62,231 nt of DNA from an uncultured Anaerolineales bacterium (lineage in GTDB: Bacteria; Planctomycetota; Phycisphaerae; FEN-1346). The position numbers were made by a program, and so were the translations under genes. Where the stretch lies: NCBI GenBank assembly GCA_964449275.1, contig CAYVAM010000002.1, forward strand, positions 1-62,231, in the 5' to 3' direction. The notes beneath the pieces are model-generated. The model saw nothing but the letters and a program-made list of their open reading frames with translations, did not search any database and was not told the DNA's origin. Below are positions 50,798 to 62,231 of the stretch, in pieces (position 1 is the stretch's first letter; every line of letters starts with the position of its first letter).

Positions 50798-53365
50798 CTA
50801 GTGCTTGGGGCTGAGGGTCGTTCCGGGGAGGTTGAGTCGAGCGTCAGGGCGGCTGCGTTGCTGGCTGGGGGCGATGGGAGCGACCTCGGGTTTCGCGCCG
50901 GCGTCGAGTTTTTTGAGTTTCTGCTGGACGCGGGTCAGGTCGTCGGGCTTGGCCTCGCCTCCGTGCGATTCGAGGATTTTGGCGGCGGCCTGCCAAGCCT
51001 TGGCGGCGTCGGTGTGGCGATCGAGCCGCCAGTACGAATCGCCGAGGTGGTCCCAGAGGATGGGGTCGAGTTCGGGCGCCAGGCGTGTGGCCTCCTCGAG
51101 CGTCTCGACGGCGCCCTCGAAACGCCCCTGCTTGTACATGACCCAGCCAAGGCTGTCGAGGTAGGCGGCGTTTTTCGGATTGGCCGCCAGGGCCTGGCGG
51201 ATCATCGTCTCGGCCCGCGACAACTTCACGCCGCGCTCGGCCCACAGGTATCCGAGATCGTTCTTCGACGGGGCGTGGTCGGGCTTCGTCTGAAGGATGC
51301 GTTCGAGTTCCTGTTCGGCGGCGGCGGTGTCGCCCATTTCGGTGTAAAGGCCCGCGAGCAGGTACCGCCAGCCGATGTTTTCGGGCCGGGCGGCCAGCAG
51401 GGCCCGCACCTCTTTCGCCGCATCCCCATGCCGGCTCTGACCCGCAAGGGCGTAAGCCATCAGCAGCCGCATGTTGTGTTCCCGGGGATAGGTGGCGAGG
51501 ATGTCGCGAGCCAGTTTCACGGTGTCGTCGTATCGCTTCTGCCTGAACCGGATCTCGGCCAAGAGGACCTTCGGGTTGAGGGCCTTGGGATCCACGCCCT
51601 GGGCCAAGAGGACGGCGTCCTCGGCGGCCGCCACGTTGCCCTGTGCGAGATAGATCCCCGCCAACTGGCAGCGGGCCTGGACGTCCTTCGGGGACACCTT
51701 CAGGAGTCCTTTGAGTTCCTTCTCGGCTTCCTCGAACCGGCCCTTCTTCGCGAGCGCCCCTGCCAGCAGGTACCGGGTATGTTTGTCGCCGGCTGCGCCG
51801 CGGCGTGCGAGGCGGTACTCCGCCAGCGCTTCATCGAGCCGGCCGAGGTGCTCGAGGATCATTCCCATCTTGCGGCGAAAGATGGGCAGGTTGAGTCCGG
51901 CCGATACCGCCGCGCGGTACACGTCCAGCGCCGGTTCGTGGCGCTTGGCCCGAATCAGCAGGTCGGCCTTTCGGGAATACGCGATGGCCGCCTTCCCCTG
52001 ACGGGCGATGGCCTTGTCGTAGAGGCTGATGGCCTCGGCCGGCCGCTTGACGGTCTCGGCCAGCATGCCGACCAGGACGAACGGCCCGTAGTGTGGCACA
52101 TCGTCGGCAACAAGGCGCCGTGCCTGGAGATAGACCTGCTCGCGGTTCGGGAGGCTGTCAATGAGTTTGGCGGCGCGGTAGAGGACAGTGGCCTCGGTCT
52201 GCTCGCCGACCATTGTGGATCCGAGTGCCTCAAGGGCCTCGACGGGCCGCCCCGCGTCGATGTGGATCTCGGCCAGTTTCAAGGCCGCCGTCACGCTGGT
52301 GCCGGTTGATTTCGCCGACGGGGAGATGAGTTCGCGATACAGGGCGGCTGCCTCGTCTTTGCGTCCGGCGGACTCGTAAGTGGTGGCGAGTTGCATCGTG
52401 AGAAACCGATTGTCGGGTCGCTGCTTGTGGTAGCGTTCGAGTTCGGCAGTGGCGGCATCAGGCTTTCCCTCGGCCTTGTAGGTCTCCACCAGCCGCTGGT
52501 ACCCCCCGGCGCCGCCGGGATCGCTGTCGATGACCTTCCGTGCCCAATCGCGTGCGCCGGCGAAGTCGTGCTTCTTGAGGTGTGCCGAGCACATCAGGCT
52601 CAAGAGGTCCCTGTTCCCGGGTCGGGCGGCGATCGCCTCGCGCAGCACGGCGATGGCCTCGTCGTTCTTGTCGCGATCCAACAGCAGGTGTGCGAGCCGT
52701 TGTTTAAGTTTCACCTGGCTGCGGTAGACCAGGTACAGTTCCGGATACCGCTGGAAGAAACTCTTGGGCGTCGCCACCATCTCCAACAGCGACCTGTAGG
52801 CGGCGATAGCCCCGTCGATGTCGGCCAGGTTGTGCCGCGTCCGCGCCAGATGGTATGTCCCGAGGATGTGGTAGGGGGACCCCTTCTTGGCAGCGGCCGT
52901 CAGGCGGTTGAGCAGATCGACGGCAATCGGCAGGTTGCCCTGGCTGATGGCGATGCGGGTGCGGAAATAGAGCGTCGGCGGATCCGACGGGGCCAACTCA
53001 AGCGCCTTGTCCAGCGACTTGACCGCCGCGCTCACGCGCCCCGTGTCGTACTGCGTCAATCCCAGGTTCATCCAGATGAGAGCGACGTTCGGCCGGAGCG
53101 CGGCCGCCTGCCGGAACTCCTCGGCGGCCAGGACGGTCTCCTGCCTGCCCATCAGAAGGCGTCCGCAGACGTAGTGGCGCAGCGCCTGCCCCAGCGGGTC
53201 GGGGCCGGGCGGTTCAAGCGGTTTCGGCGGCGGGAGGCAGGCGCGAGGCAAGGGCTTCGCCGCAGCCGCCTCCGCCGCTGCGGCGCGCACGGGACCGCCG
53301 CCAGCCGCCACTATCGCGGCCAGCACCAGTCCCAACGCCATCGTCGGTCGTGCCGTGCTGCGCAT
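50798..53365 (-). CDS. secreted TPR-repeat protein
   Basis: Start ATG 53365 (AGGA upstream; MRSTARPTMALGLVLAAIVAAGG signal; alternative ATG 53413). More than 15 canonical 34-aa TPR units (for example AEKELKGLLKVSPKDVQARCQLAGIYLAQGNVAAA). Confidence 0.8.
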   Translation of the reverse strand: MRSTARPTMALGLVLAAIVAAGGGPVRAAAAEAAAAKPLPRACLPPPKPLEPPGPDPLGQALRHYVCGRLLMGRQETVLAAEEFRQAAALRPNVALIWMNLGLTQYDTGRVSAAVKSLDKALELAPSDPPTLYFRTRIAISQGNLPIAVDLLNRLTAAAKKGSPYHILGTYHLARTRHNLADIDGAIAAYRSLLEMVATPKSFFQRYPELYLVYRSQVKLKQRLAHLLLDRDKNDEAIAVLREAIAARPGNRDLLSLMCSAHLKKHDFAGARDWARKVIDSDPGGAGGYQRLVETYKAEGKPDAATAELERYHKQRPDNRFLTMQLATTYESAGRKDEAAALYRELISPSAKSTGTSVTAALKLAEIHIDAGRPVEALEALGSTMVGEQTEATVLYRAAKLIDSLPNREQVYLQARRLVADDVPHYGPFVLVGMLAETVKRPAEAISLYDKAIARQGKAAIAYSRKADLLIRAKRHEPALDVYRAAVSAGLNLPIFRRKMGMILEHLGRLDEALAEYRLARRGAAGDKHTRYLLAGALAKKGRFEEAEKELKGLLKVSPKDVQARCQLAGIYLAQGNVAAAEDAVLLAQGVDPKALNPKVLLAEIRFRQKRYDDTVKLARDILATYPREHNMRLLMAYALAGQSRHGDAAKEVRALLAARPENIGWRYLLAGLYTEMGDTAAAEQELERILQTKPDHAPSKNDLGYLWAERGVKLSRAETMIRQALAANPKNAAYLDSLGWVMYKQGRFEGAVETLEEATRLAPELDPILWDHLGDSYWRLDRHTDAAKAWQAAAKILESHGGEAKPDDLTRVQQKLKKLDAGAKPEVAPIAPSQQRSRPDARLNLPGTTLSPKH

Positions 53366-53422
53366 AACAGTTCCTGCGTGAGTCCTCCCTGCGGCCCTCT
53401 CGGACGTGCACACCGAAGCCCG

Positions 53423-54307
53423 TCAGTGGATGACTTTGTTGAGAGGGTACACAATAATACCGGATGCGCCGGCCTTTTTCAACTTGGGCACGAGTTCGCG
53501 CTCCTTGGCGGCAGGCAGCACAACCTCGACGGCGTACCAGCCGGTCTCGGCAAGAGGGCTGATCGTCGGGCTCCGTTCGGCGCGAAGCAGTCGCTTGATC
53601 TTCTTGACCCAATCCTCGGCCTTGACGTTCATCTTCATGCCGACCATCTCCTTGGCGTCGATGGCGCCCTGAAGGAGCAGGGCCAAGTTCTCGATCTTGT
53701 CGCGTTTCCACGGGTCCTTCCAACTGGCGCGGTTGGCGATCAGTTGCGTGTTGGACGTCATGACGGTCTCGATGACCCGGAGCCGATTCGCACGCAGGCT
53801 CGAGCCCGTCTCGGTCACGTCAACGATGGCGTCGAGCAGGCGGGCCTTGACCTCGGTAGCGCCCCACGAGAATTCGACCTTGACGCCGACGCCGCGCGCC
53901 TTGAAGAACCGCCTGGTCACCTTCACGAGTTCGGTGGCCACCAACCCGCCCTCCAGGTCCTCGACCCTGCGGATCTTGCTCTCCTCGGGCACCGCCAGCA
54001 CCCACCGTACCGGGGCCAGGCGAGCCTTGGCGTAGATAAGGTCCTTGACCACGTGGACGCGGGACCCGTTCTCGGCGATCCAGTCCTGGCCGGTCAGGCC
54101 GGCGTCGAGGCCGGCGTCCTCGACGTAGCGGCTCATTTCCTGGGCGCGGAACATGACGATCTCGATCTCCGGGTCGTCCGTCCGGGGGGAGTAGGAGCGC
54201 TCGGAGACCTGGACCTCATAGCCTGCGCGTGCCATCAGGTCGAGTGTGGCCTTTTCGAGACTGCCCTTCGGCAAGCCGAGTTTCAGGATGTTCGTTGGCT
54301 TCCTCAT
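53423..54307 (-). CDS. hisG: ATP phosphoribosyltransferase, long form
   Basis: Start ATG 54307. [18 protein letters not shown]...DAGLTGQDW...[12 protein letters not shown] plus the C-terminal regulatory domain. The upstream 95 codons of the ORF overlap the neighbouring gene in another frame. Confidence 0.85.
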   Translation of the reverse strand: MRKPTNILKLGLPKGSLEKATLDLMARAGYEVQVSERSYSPRTDDPEIEIVMFRAQEMSRYVEDAGLDAGLTGQDWIAENGSRVHVVKDLIYAKARLAPVRWVLAVPEESKIRRVEDLEGGLVATELVKVTRRFFKARGVGVKVEFSWGATEVKARLLDAIVDVTETGSSLRANRLRVIETVMTSNTQLIANRASWKDPWKRDKIENLALLLQGAIDAKEMVGMKMNVKAEDWVKKIKRLLRAERSPTISPLAETGWYAVEVVLPAAKERELVPKLKKAGASGIIVYPLNKVIH

Positions 54308-54333
54308 GCGCCGTTCCTTCAGGGCCTTATCGG

Positions 54334-55197
54334 CTATTTCTTGCGCCCGTCTCGCCTGGGTTTCGTGGCGGGAGCGCGTTTGCGCCCGGACGCGGTTTTT
54401 TTCTTTGGTTTGGTCTTTTTCGCGGCGGCCTTCGTCTTCGCCTTCTTCCTGGCGGCGGGCTTCTTCGCTTTGCGTTTTGCGGCCGGCGGTTTCTTCGCCT
54501 TCTTTCGGGCTTTGCGTTTTCTCGGACTCAGCGCCGCCGGACACGTCCTTCTCAAAGGGCACTTGACGCACAGTGGCGTGCCGACCACGCACAACTGCTC
54601 GGCGAGGTGTTTGACCAGCCGGTGCAGTTCGAAGGCGCGGTCTGACTTGACGGCGCGTTCCAGCAGCGCCTGCATGTCGGCCTCGGACTGGGCGGCCGGA
54701 TCGACGATGGCCAACCGCCCCAACACGCGGGCCACGTCGTTATCGACCGGAAACGCGTGGGCGCCGATGCAATCGCGGGCGATGGTGGCGGCCACGAACG
54801 GACGGACCTCCTCGAGTTTCTCGAAGTACGCCCGCGTCTCGACCTTGCCCATCGACTCCAGGAAATCCCAGACCATGCTGTTGTGCTGCTTGAACACCTG
54901 GTCCAGCAGGCGCGGGATGACGCGCGCTTTGTGTCCGCCCCGCGGGAAGGTCGCGCCGAGGACCTCGCGGATTTCGCGAGGCCGGCTCACCCGCAGGTCG
55001 TTCCAATCGACGAAGTGTCGGCGGAGCCGGTCCACGGCCTTCTCGACGGCATCGCTCGTCGCTTCTTCGCCCAGGACCGTCCGGACGGCGTGCTCGACCG
55101 CATGCGTGACGGCGGCGCGCGGCTGCTCGCCGTAACGGCCCCGCAGCGTCAGCCGGATACGTTCGAGGCGTTTGACCTTGTCGGTGAACGTGGGCAT
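54334..55197 (-). CDS. endonuclease III-like HhH protein with partial Fe-S Cys cluster and a Lys-rich histone-H1-like C-terminal tail
   Basis: Start ATG 55197 (GGGAGAA upstream; alternative 55212). [17 protein letters not shown] is the helix-hairpin-helix. C-x6-C-x2-C-x5-C in [17 protein letters not shown]. About 60-aa tail [42 protein letters not shown]. Confidence 0.6.
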   Translation of the reverse strand: MPTFTDKVKRLERIRLTLRGRYGEQPRAAVTHAVEHAVRTVLGEEATSDAVEKAVDRLRRHFVDWNDLRVSRPREIREVLGATFPRGGHKARVIPRLLDQVFKQHNSMVWDFLESMGKVETRAYFEKLEEVRPFVAATIARDCIGAHAFPVDNDVARVLGRLAIVDPAAQSEADMQALLERAVKSDRAFELHRLVKHLAEQLCVVGTPLCVKCPLRRTCPAALSPRKRKARKKAKKPPAAKRKAKKPAARKKAKTKAAAKKTKPKKKTASGRKRAPATKPRRDGRKK

Positions 55198-55222
55198 CGC
55201 CCGTTCTCCCATACTCTCTTAG

Positions 55223-55312
55223 GTACGTGTTTAGCGTGTCATTCCGAGCGAGTCCCGGCGCGCCGGGACTCGGTCGAAATGACATCGCTTCGAAAACACG
55301 CTAAACAAGTAC
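55223..55312. mobile_element. MITE-like element E, short copy (90 nt)
   Basis: TIR GTACGTGTTTAGCGTG...CACGCTAAACAAGTAC. Inner gtcattccgagcga...tcgaaatgacatcgc. Centre replaced by the palindrome gtcccggcgcgccgggac. Flanks are ctctta / ctcttta. Confidence 0.7.
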
Positions 55313-55316
55313 CTCT

Positions 55317-55790
55317 TTACGGACCGCCTTCGGGCAGTTCGACCGGCATGTCCGCGGGCTCGTCCTGGAGTTCGGCGTCGGGGCTCTCGACGCCTCGCCG
55401 GATGCGGTCGGCGCGGGCGGCTTCATCCTCGGCCCGGGCCTTGGCGATCAAGGCGCTCAAGGAGACGCTCCGTTTGACCGAGTCGTCCAGATGAAACCGC
55501 AACACCGGGCAGAACTTCATCGCCAGGGCATCCGCCGCCCGTTCCTGGACGCGGCCGTGGGCGTGCCGGATGGCCCGCAGGCATGCCTTCTGCTGCTTCG
55601 GCTCGCCCATCACGGAGACGCGGACATCGGCCACCCGCATGTCGGCCGAAACCTCCACGCCCGTGACGGTTACGAACGCCACTCGCGGATCGTCCAGTTC
55701 GGTGACCAGGGCCTCGCTGACGACCTCGCGGATGATGCTTGCGACGCGTCGCGGGCGCCGCCCCGGCACCCTCTGCCGGCCTCGTTTCAT
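55317..55790 (-). CDS. rbfA: ribosome-binding factor A
   Basis: RVASIIREVVSEALVTELDDPRVAFVTVTGVEVSADMRVADVRVSVMG is the RbfA KH-like signature. Synteny with infB. Confidence 0.85.
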   Translation of the reverse strand: MKRGRQRVPGRRPRRVASIIREVVSEALVTELDDPRVAFVTVTGVEVSADMRVADVRVSVMGEPKQQKACLRAIRHAHGRVQERAADALAMKFCPVLRFHLDDSVKRSVSLSALIAKARAEDEAARADRIRRGVESPDAELQDEPADMPVELPEGGP

Positions 55791-55806
55791 CGGAGGGCTC
55801 CCCGAC

Positions 55807-56088
55807 CTAAAGCACCTCGGTTTCGTACTCGATCAGTTCAGCGCCGCGGGTGCGCCGGACCAGATCGACCACCTTCGCCATCACCTTGTCGGCAAAGCGA
55901 GTCTCGTTCGTCACGATGGCGACGCCGAGGACCGCGCTCTGGCGGCGGTCGAGGGCGTCGATCTCGCTGGCCGAGACGTTGAACTCGTTGCGGATACGCT
56001 GGCGGAGACTCTTGACGACGCGGCGTTTGTCCTTCAGGGAGGTCGCCTCGCGGATCAACAGCCGCATCTGGAGGACGCCGACCACCAT
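55807..56088 (-). CDS. DUF503 (YlxP-like) protein
   Basis: Start ATG 56088 (GGGAGA upstream). MVVGVLQMRLLIREATSLKDKRRVVKSL...GVAIVTN pattern. Classical position between infB and rbfA. Confidence 0.7.
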   Translation of the reverse strand: MVVGVLQMRLLIREATSLKDKRRVVKSLRQRIRNEFNVSASEIDALDRRQSAVLGVAIVTNETRFADKVMAKVVDLVRRTRGAELIEYETEVL

Positions 56089-56172
56089 CACCGGTCTCCC
56101 TCCGCTCGCTCGCACTGGCGGCTAGTCCGAGCATCGCCCGCGGCTACTGCGAGCATCGCCAGGCGTGGCTTT

Positions 56173-59085
<2,913 letters not shown>

Positions 59086-59108
59086 CGCTTACCTCCCTGA
59101 ACGGCTAC

Positions 59109-59231
59109 TGTTCTGTCCCACGTGAAACGGTGGGTGCCACTGGCGGCTTGTCCGCCAGTGCCTTCCTCCTGCTCGCCAAACACTGGCTGACAAGCAGCCA
59201 GTGGCACCCTGCAAATGAGCAGTGACAGAGC
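59109..59231. mobile_element. MITE-like element F (123 nt), copy B, filling the nusA-infB spacer
   Basis: Near-identical to 27454-27576 (a handful of substitutions). Flanked by GCTAC (59104-59108) and ACTAC (59232-59236). Confidence 0.75.
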
Positions 59232-59232
59232 A

Positions 59233-60777
59233 CTACGTTTCGGTTTCCTCGATTTCGGCCTCGTCGGGCTCCACGGCCCCAGGTTCTGCGGCCGCCTCCT
59301 GCTCGTCCGCGGCCGGTTCCGCCTCGGTTTCCTCGATTTCGGGCTCGTCGGGCTCCACGTCGTCGGAGACCTGTGCGTCGGTCTCGGTGTCCTCGGATTC
59401 AGGCTCCTCGTCCGGTGCCTCCTCATCAGCGCCTTCTTCGGCCGGGGTCTCCTCGCCAGCGCCTTCTTCGGCCGGCGTCCCCTCATCGGCGCCTTCTTCG
59501 GCCGGTGCCTCCTCATCGGCGCCTTCTTCGGCCGGTGCCTCCTCATCGCCGCTTTCCTTGGCGGCGGCTTCGGCATCGGCGGCTTCCTCGGCAGCGGCGG
59601 CTTCTTCGGCTTCGCGTTCGGCCGCCTGGGCTTCGAGTTCCGCGACGCGTTCGGCCACCTGGGCGATGATCTGCTGGGCCTGCTCCGCATCGACGCCTGC
59701 CAGGCGCGACAGGGTTTCGGGGTCGACCTCGACCACGTCGGCGAGGCTGATGTATCCGGCGGCCATGAGTTCGTTGATCAGGTCCGGAGTGACCGCTTCG
59801 ATATCGGCCATCTGTTCCATGGCCGTGGCCCGTTGTTCGTCGTACTCGGCCGGTGTCATGATATCGATGTTCCAGCCGCTCAGCCTCGCCGCGAGGCGGA
59901 CGTTCTGGCCCCTCTTGCCGATGGCCAGACTCAACTGGTCCTCGGACACGAGGACGGTTGCCCTGTTGATGTCGCGGTTCAGGAGGATCTCCTTGACCTC
60001 CGCCGGCTTCAGGCCGTTGGCGATGAATACCTGGGGCGACTCGTTGAACCGGACGATGTCGATCTTCTCGCCGGCCACCTCCTCGACGATGTTCTTAATG
60101 CGGCTGCCGCGAATGCCGACACACGCCCCGACGGCGTCGACGCGGCTGTCCACGCTGGAGACGGCCACCTTGGTCCGGTGCCCGGCCTCCCGGGCGATGC
60201 CCTCGACCTGGATGATGCGGTCGGCCACTTCGGGCACCTCGAGTTCGAACAGTCGGATGATCAGTTCCGGGTGGACGCGCGAGAGCACGATCTTGACGCC
60301 TGAGCCGGCCTCGCGGACCTCGATGATAATGGCCCGGATGCGGTCGCCGACGTGGAGCGTCTCGCCCGGAATCTGTTCGCTGCGCGGGAGGAACCCCTCG
60401 CCGCGGCCCAGATTGACGATGCCGTTGCCGCGGTCGACCCGGGTGACCTGGCCCGAGACGATCGTTCCGATCTGGTCGCCGTAGTCTGCCATGAGACTTG
60501 CCCGTTCGGCGTCACGGATTTTCTGGATGATGACCTGCTTGGCGGTTTGTGCGGCGATACGGCCGAGGACGGCCGGGTCGAGGAGTTGGCCGTTCAGCGT
60601 AGCCTCGATGTCGCCCGTCTCACGGTTGATGGAGACCACGGCCTCTTCGGCGGTGCCGAAGTGCTTTTTGGCGGCGGAGGCCAGCGCAGCCTCGATGCCC
60701 TGGAACACCACTTCGGCGTCGATGTTCTTCTCGCGTCGAATTGCATCCACGATCCGGACCAGATCGGCACCGTTCAT
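59233..60777 (-). CDS. nusA: transcription termination/antitermination factor NusA with a long acidic repeat tail
   Basis: NusA N-domain, S1 (VSGQVTRVDRGNGIVNLG) and two KH domains (GACVGIRGSRIKNI, LAIGKRGQNVRLA), an HhH region, then about 110 aa of Glu/Asp/Ala repeats. Confidence 0.95.
   Translation of the reverse strand: MNGADLVRIVDAIRREKNIDAEVVFQGIEAALASAAKKHFGTAEEAVVSINRETGDIEATLNGQLLDPAVLGRIAAQTAKQVIIQKIRDAERASLMADYGDQIGTIVSGQVTRVDRGNGIVNLGRGEGFLPRSEQIPGETLHVGDRIRAIIIEVREAGSGVKIVLSRVHPELIIRLFELEVPEVADRIIQVEGIAREAGHRTKVAVSSVDSRVDAVGACVGIRGSRIKNIVEEVAGEKIDIVRFNESPQVFIANGLKPAEVKEILLNRDINRATVLVSEDQLSLAIGKRGQNVRLAARLSGWNIDIMTPAEYDEQRATAMEQMADIEAVTPDLINELMAAGYISLADVVEVDPETLSRLAGVDAEQAQQIIAQVAERVAELEAQAAEREAEEAAAAEEAADAEAAAKESGDEEAPAEEGADEEAPAEEGADEGTPAEEGAGEETPAEEGADEEAPDEEPESEDTETDAQVSDDVEPDEPEIEETEAEPAADEQEAAAEPGAVEPDEAEIEETET
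59411..59550 (-). repeat. 30-bp coding tandem repeat (about 4.7 copies) in the nusA tail
   Basis: gccttcttcggccggtgcctcctcatcggc units at 59431, 59461, 59491 and 59521, encoding (E)EAPAEEGAD(E). Confidence 0.8.
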
Positions 60778-60840
60778 TCGCGCCCGCTGCTTCCCGTGTC
60801 AGTTTGCCGTTCGTTCGGCTGCCCCATCGGCCGCCGAAGC

Positions 60841-60872
60841 AAAAAAGTGGGACCACGACCAGACCCCACTTT
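60841..60872 (-). terminator. candidate rho-independent terminator downstream of the ABC ATPase gene
   Basis: Minus strand reads AAAGTGGG-13 nt loop-CCCACTTTTTT. It is a rare AT-rich patch in GC-rich DNA, preceded on the minus strand by a second GC hairpin (about 60880-60900). Confidence 0.5.
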
Positions 60873-60920
60873 GGCCGCCGCCCGCCCTCCGGCGGGGGCC
60901 GGCCCGCACCGCGCCTCGAA

Positions 60921-62057
60921 TTAACCGGCGTGTGCTACATGCTCAGGCTCCAAACTTATGTTGTCGCCCGTCTGGTCGTCGAACAAATGAGTCCGGCCCA
61001 TGTCGAGGTGCGCCTCCAGCGGGTCATCCACCGCTATCTTGATATGGGCATCAAGTTTGCACACCATCGGGACGCCGGCCGGTCCGCTCACGTGAATGAT
61101 CTGCTCGTCGCCGAGGGGTTCGACGACGCGCACCGTGGTCGGCACGACGTTCTCCGTGCCCGCGAACTTGCCGGCGCCCTCGACGCCGACATCCTCCGGC
61201 CTGACGCCCAACGTGACGTTCCTTCCGACGGCCTCTTGCGCGCGGGCGCCGAGCCCGTCCGTCAGAAGGACCCTCGCGGAGTCCATCTGGAAGTACGTGC
61301 CGCCGTCCTGCACGACGATCCGGCCGTCCAGGAAGTTCATGGCGGGTGTTCCGAGGAACCCCGCCACGAAGCGGTTGACGGGGTAATCGTAGACTTCGAG
61401 CGGTGGGGCGACCTGCTGAATCTCGCCCTCGTTCATGACGACGACGCGGTCGCCGAGTGTCATGGCCTCGGCCTGGTCGTGCGTGACGTAGATGACGGTG
61501 GTCTGTAGGCGATGGTGCAGGCTCTTGAGTTCGGCCCGCATTTCGACGCGGAGTTTGGCGTCGAGGTTCGAGAGCGGCTCGTCGAACAGAAACGCCTGGG
61601 GCTGACGGACGATGGCCCGGCCCACCGCCACACGCTGCCTCTGCCCGCCCGAGAGGGCCTTGGGTTTGCGGTCCATCAGGTCCTCGATGCCGAGGGTTCC
61701 GGCGGCGTCTCTTACGCGCCGGTCGATCTCGTCCTTCGCAAACCGCCGCAACTTCAGGCCGAACGCCATGTTCTTGTAAACCGTCATGTGCGGGTACAGG
61801 GCGTAGTTCTGGAAGACCATGGCGATGTCGCGGTCCTTCGGCGGGACGTCGTTGACCACCCGGTCGCCGATGCGGATGACGCCCTCGGTGGCCTCTTCGA
61901 GGCCGGCCACCATCCGAAGCGTCGTCGATTTGCCGCATCCCGACGGCCCCACCAGGACGATGAACTCCTGGTTCCGGATGTCGAGGGTGAAGTCCCTGAC
62001 GGCCACGGTTCCGCCCGGGAACACTTTGGTCACGTTTTCCAGAGACACGTCTGCCAT
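60921..62057 (-). CDS. sugar ABC transporter ATP-binding protein (MalK/UgpC/MsmX-like)
   Basis: Start ATG 62057 (MADVSLENVTKVF). GPSGCGKSTTLR, LSGGQRQRVA, FLFDEPLSNLD and a C-terminal TOBE-like domain. Confidence 0.9.
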   Translation of the reverse strand: MADVSLENVTKVFPGGTVAVRDFTLDIRNQEFIVLVGPSGCGKSTTLRMVAGLEEATEGVIRIGDRVVNDVPPKDRDIAMVFQNYALYPHMTVYKNMAFGLKLRRFAKDEIDRRVRDAAGTLGIEDLMDRKPKALSGGQRQRVAVGRAIVRQPQAFLFDEPLSNLDAKLRVEMRAELKSLHHRLQTTVIYVTHDQAEAMTLGDRVVVMNEGEIQQVAPPLEVYDYPVNRFVAGFLGTPAMNFLDGRIVVQDGGTYFQMDSARVLLTDGLGARAQEAVGRNVTLGVRPEDVGVEGAGKFAGTENVVPTTVRVVEPLGDEQIIHVSGPAGVPMVCKLDAHIKIAVDDPLEAHLDMGRTHLFDDQTGDNISLEPEHVAHAG

Positions 62058-62231
62058 GGCAGAGCCCGTCGCCAAAAAATCCCGCTTCATGCGGGAACGC
62101 TTCTAAACATACCGCCCGCACACCCGGCCGTCAACTACTTTTTCCCGTCTCGTCCATACGGACCCATATGGGCCCGTGCCGGTCGGCCGGGAAAATCGGG
62201 AGTCAGGGCCACTTGGCGGTCAAACCGGGGC

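Noticed and set aside
50786-55135. Two plus-strand ORFs (507 aa and 914 aa)
   Set aside because: Antisense to the TPR gene, hisG and the Nth-like gene. Shadow frames.
59395-59560. CRISPR-like regular repeats
   Set aside because: The units are directly adjacent with no spacers, are 30 bp, stay in frame, and lie inside nusA. This is a coding tandem repeat, not a CRISPR array. No cas genes are present.

Overview
Very GC-rich bacterial chromosomal window. The gene content (secreted glycoside hydrolases, HEAT/TPR/vWA envelope proteins, DUF1570, BatA-N/vWA/GATase-like proteins) looks PVC/Planctomycetota-like, but that is inference only. I see no rRNA, tRNA, CRISPR array, integrase or prophage.

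Gene blocks, in order:
(1) 127-12592, minus strand: a tightly coupled operon for use of fucose-containing glycans. It has two tandem GH29 fucosidases, a DUF5703/GH95-like hydrolase with a LamG insert, a ribose-type ABC importer, a lipoprotein RhaM-like mutarotase and two URO-D/MtaA-like enzymes.
(2) 12990-27470: a metal-uptake-flavoured supercluster. It has Nramp, a HEAT-pentaheme cytochrome c lipoprotein, secreted HEAT and TPR giants, ExbB-ExbD-ExbD, a vWA protein carrying a TonB-type SxxxH anchor, and an FbpABC-like ABC importer.
(3) 27623-35420: a zinc-ribbon membrane protein, a heparinase II/III-like protein, an alpha/beta-hydrolase esterase and an unknown protein.
(4) A HEPN-MNT toxin-antitoxin pair.
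(5) A BatA-N/vWA/GATase-like membrane protein, hflX, a DUF1570 peptidase-like protein, a membrane protein, a glycogen debranching enzyme and a GH15 enzyme fused to a 2x[4Fe-4S] ferredoxin.
(6) Housekeeping genes: glmS, yebC, a TPR protein, hisG, an Nth-like protein with a Lys-rich tail, rbfA, DUF503, infB, nusA and a MalK-like ATPase.

The intergenic DNA is saturated with several repeat families. These include REP-like palindromes and two MITE-like elements with target-site duplications. One MITE sits in frame inside a signal-peptide coding region. Another rewrites the 3' end of an ABC ATPase gene and also fills the nusA-infB spacer.

The most interesting candidate system is the TonB-less ExbBD module coupled to a TonB-anchored vWA protein. 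All functional calls come from motif recognition by eye in the supplied translations. No database searches were run.
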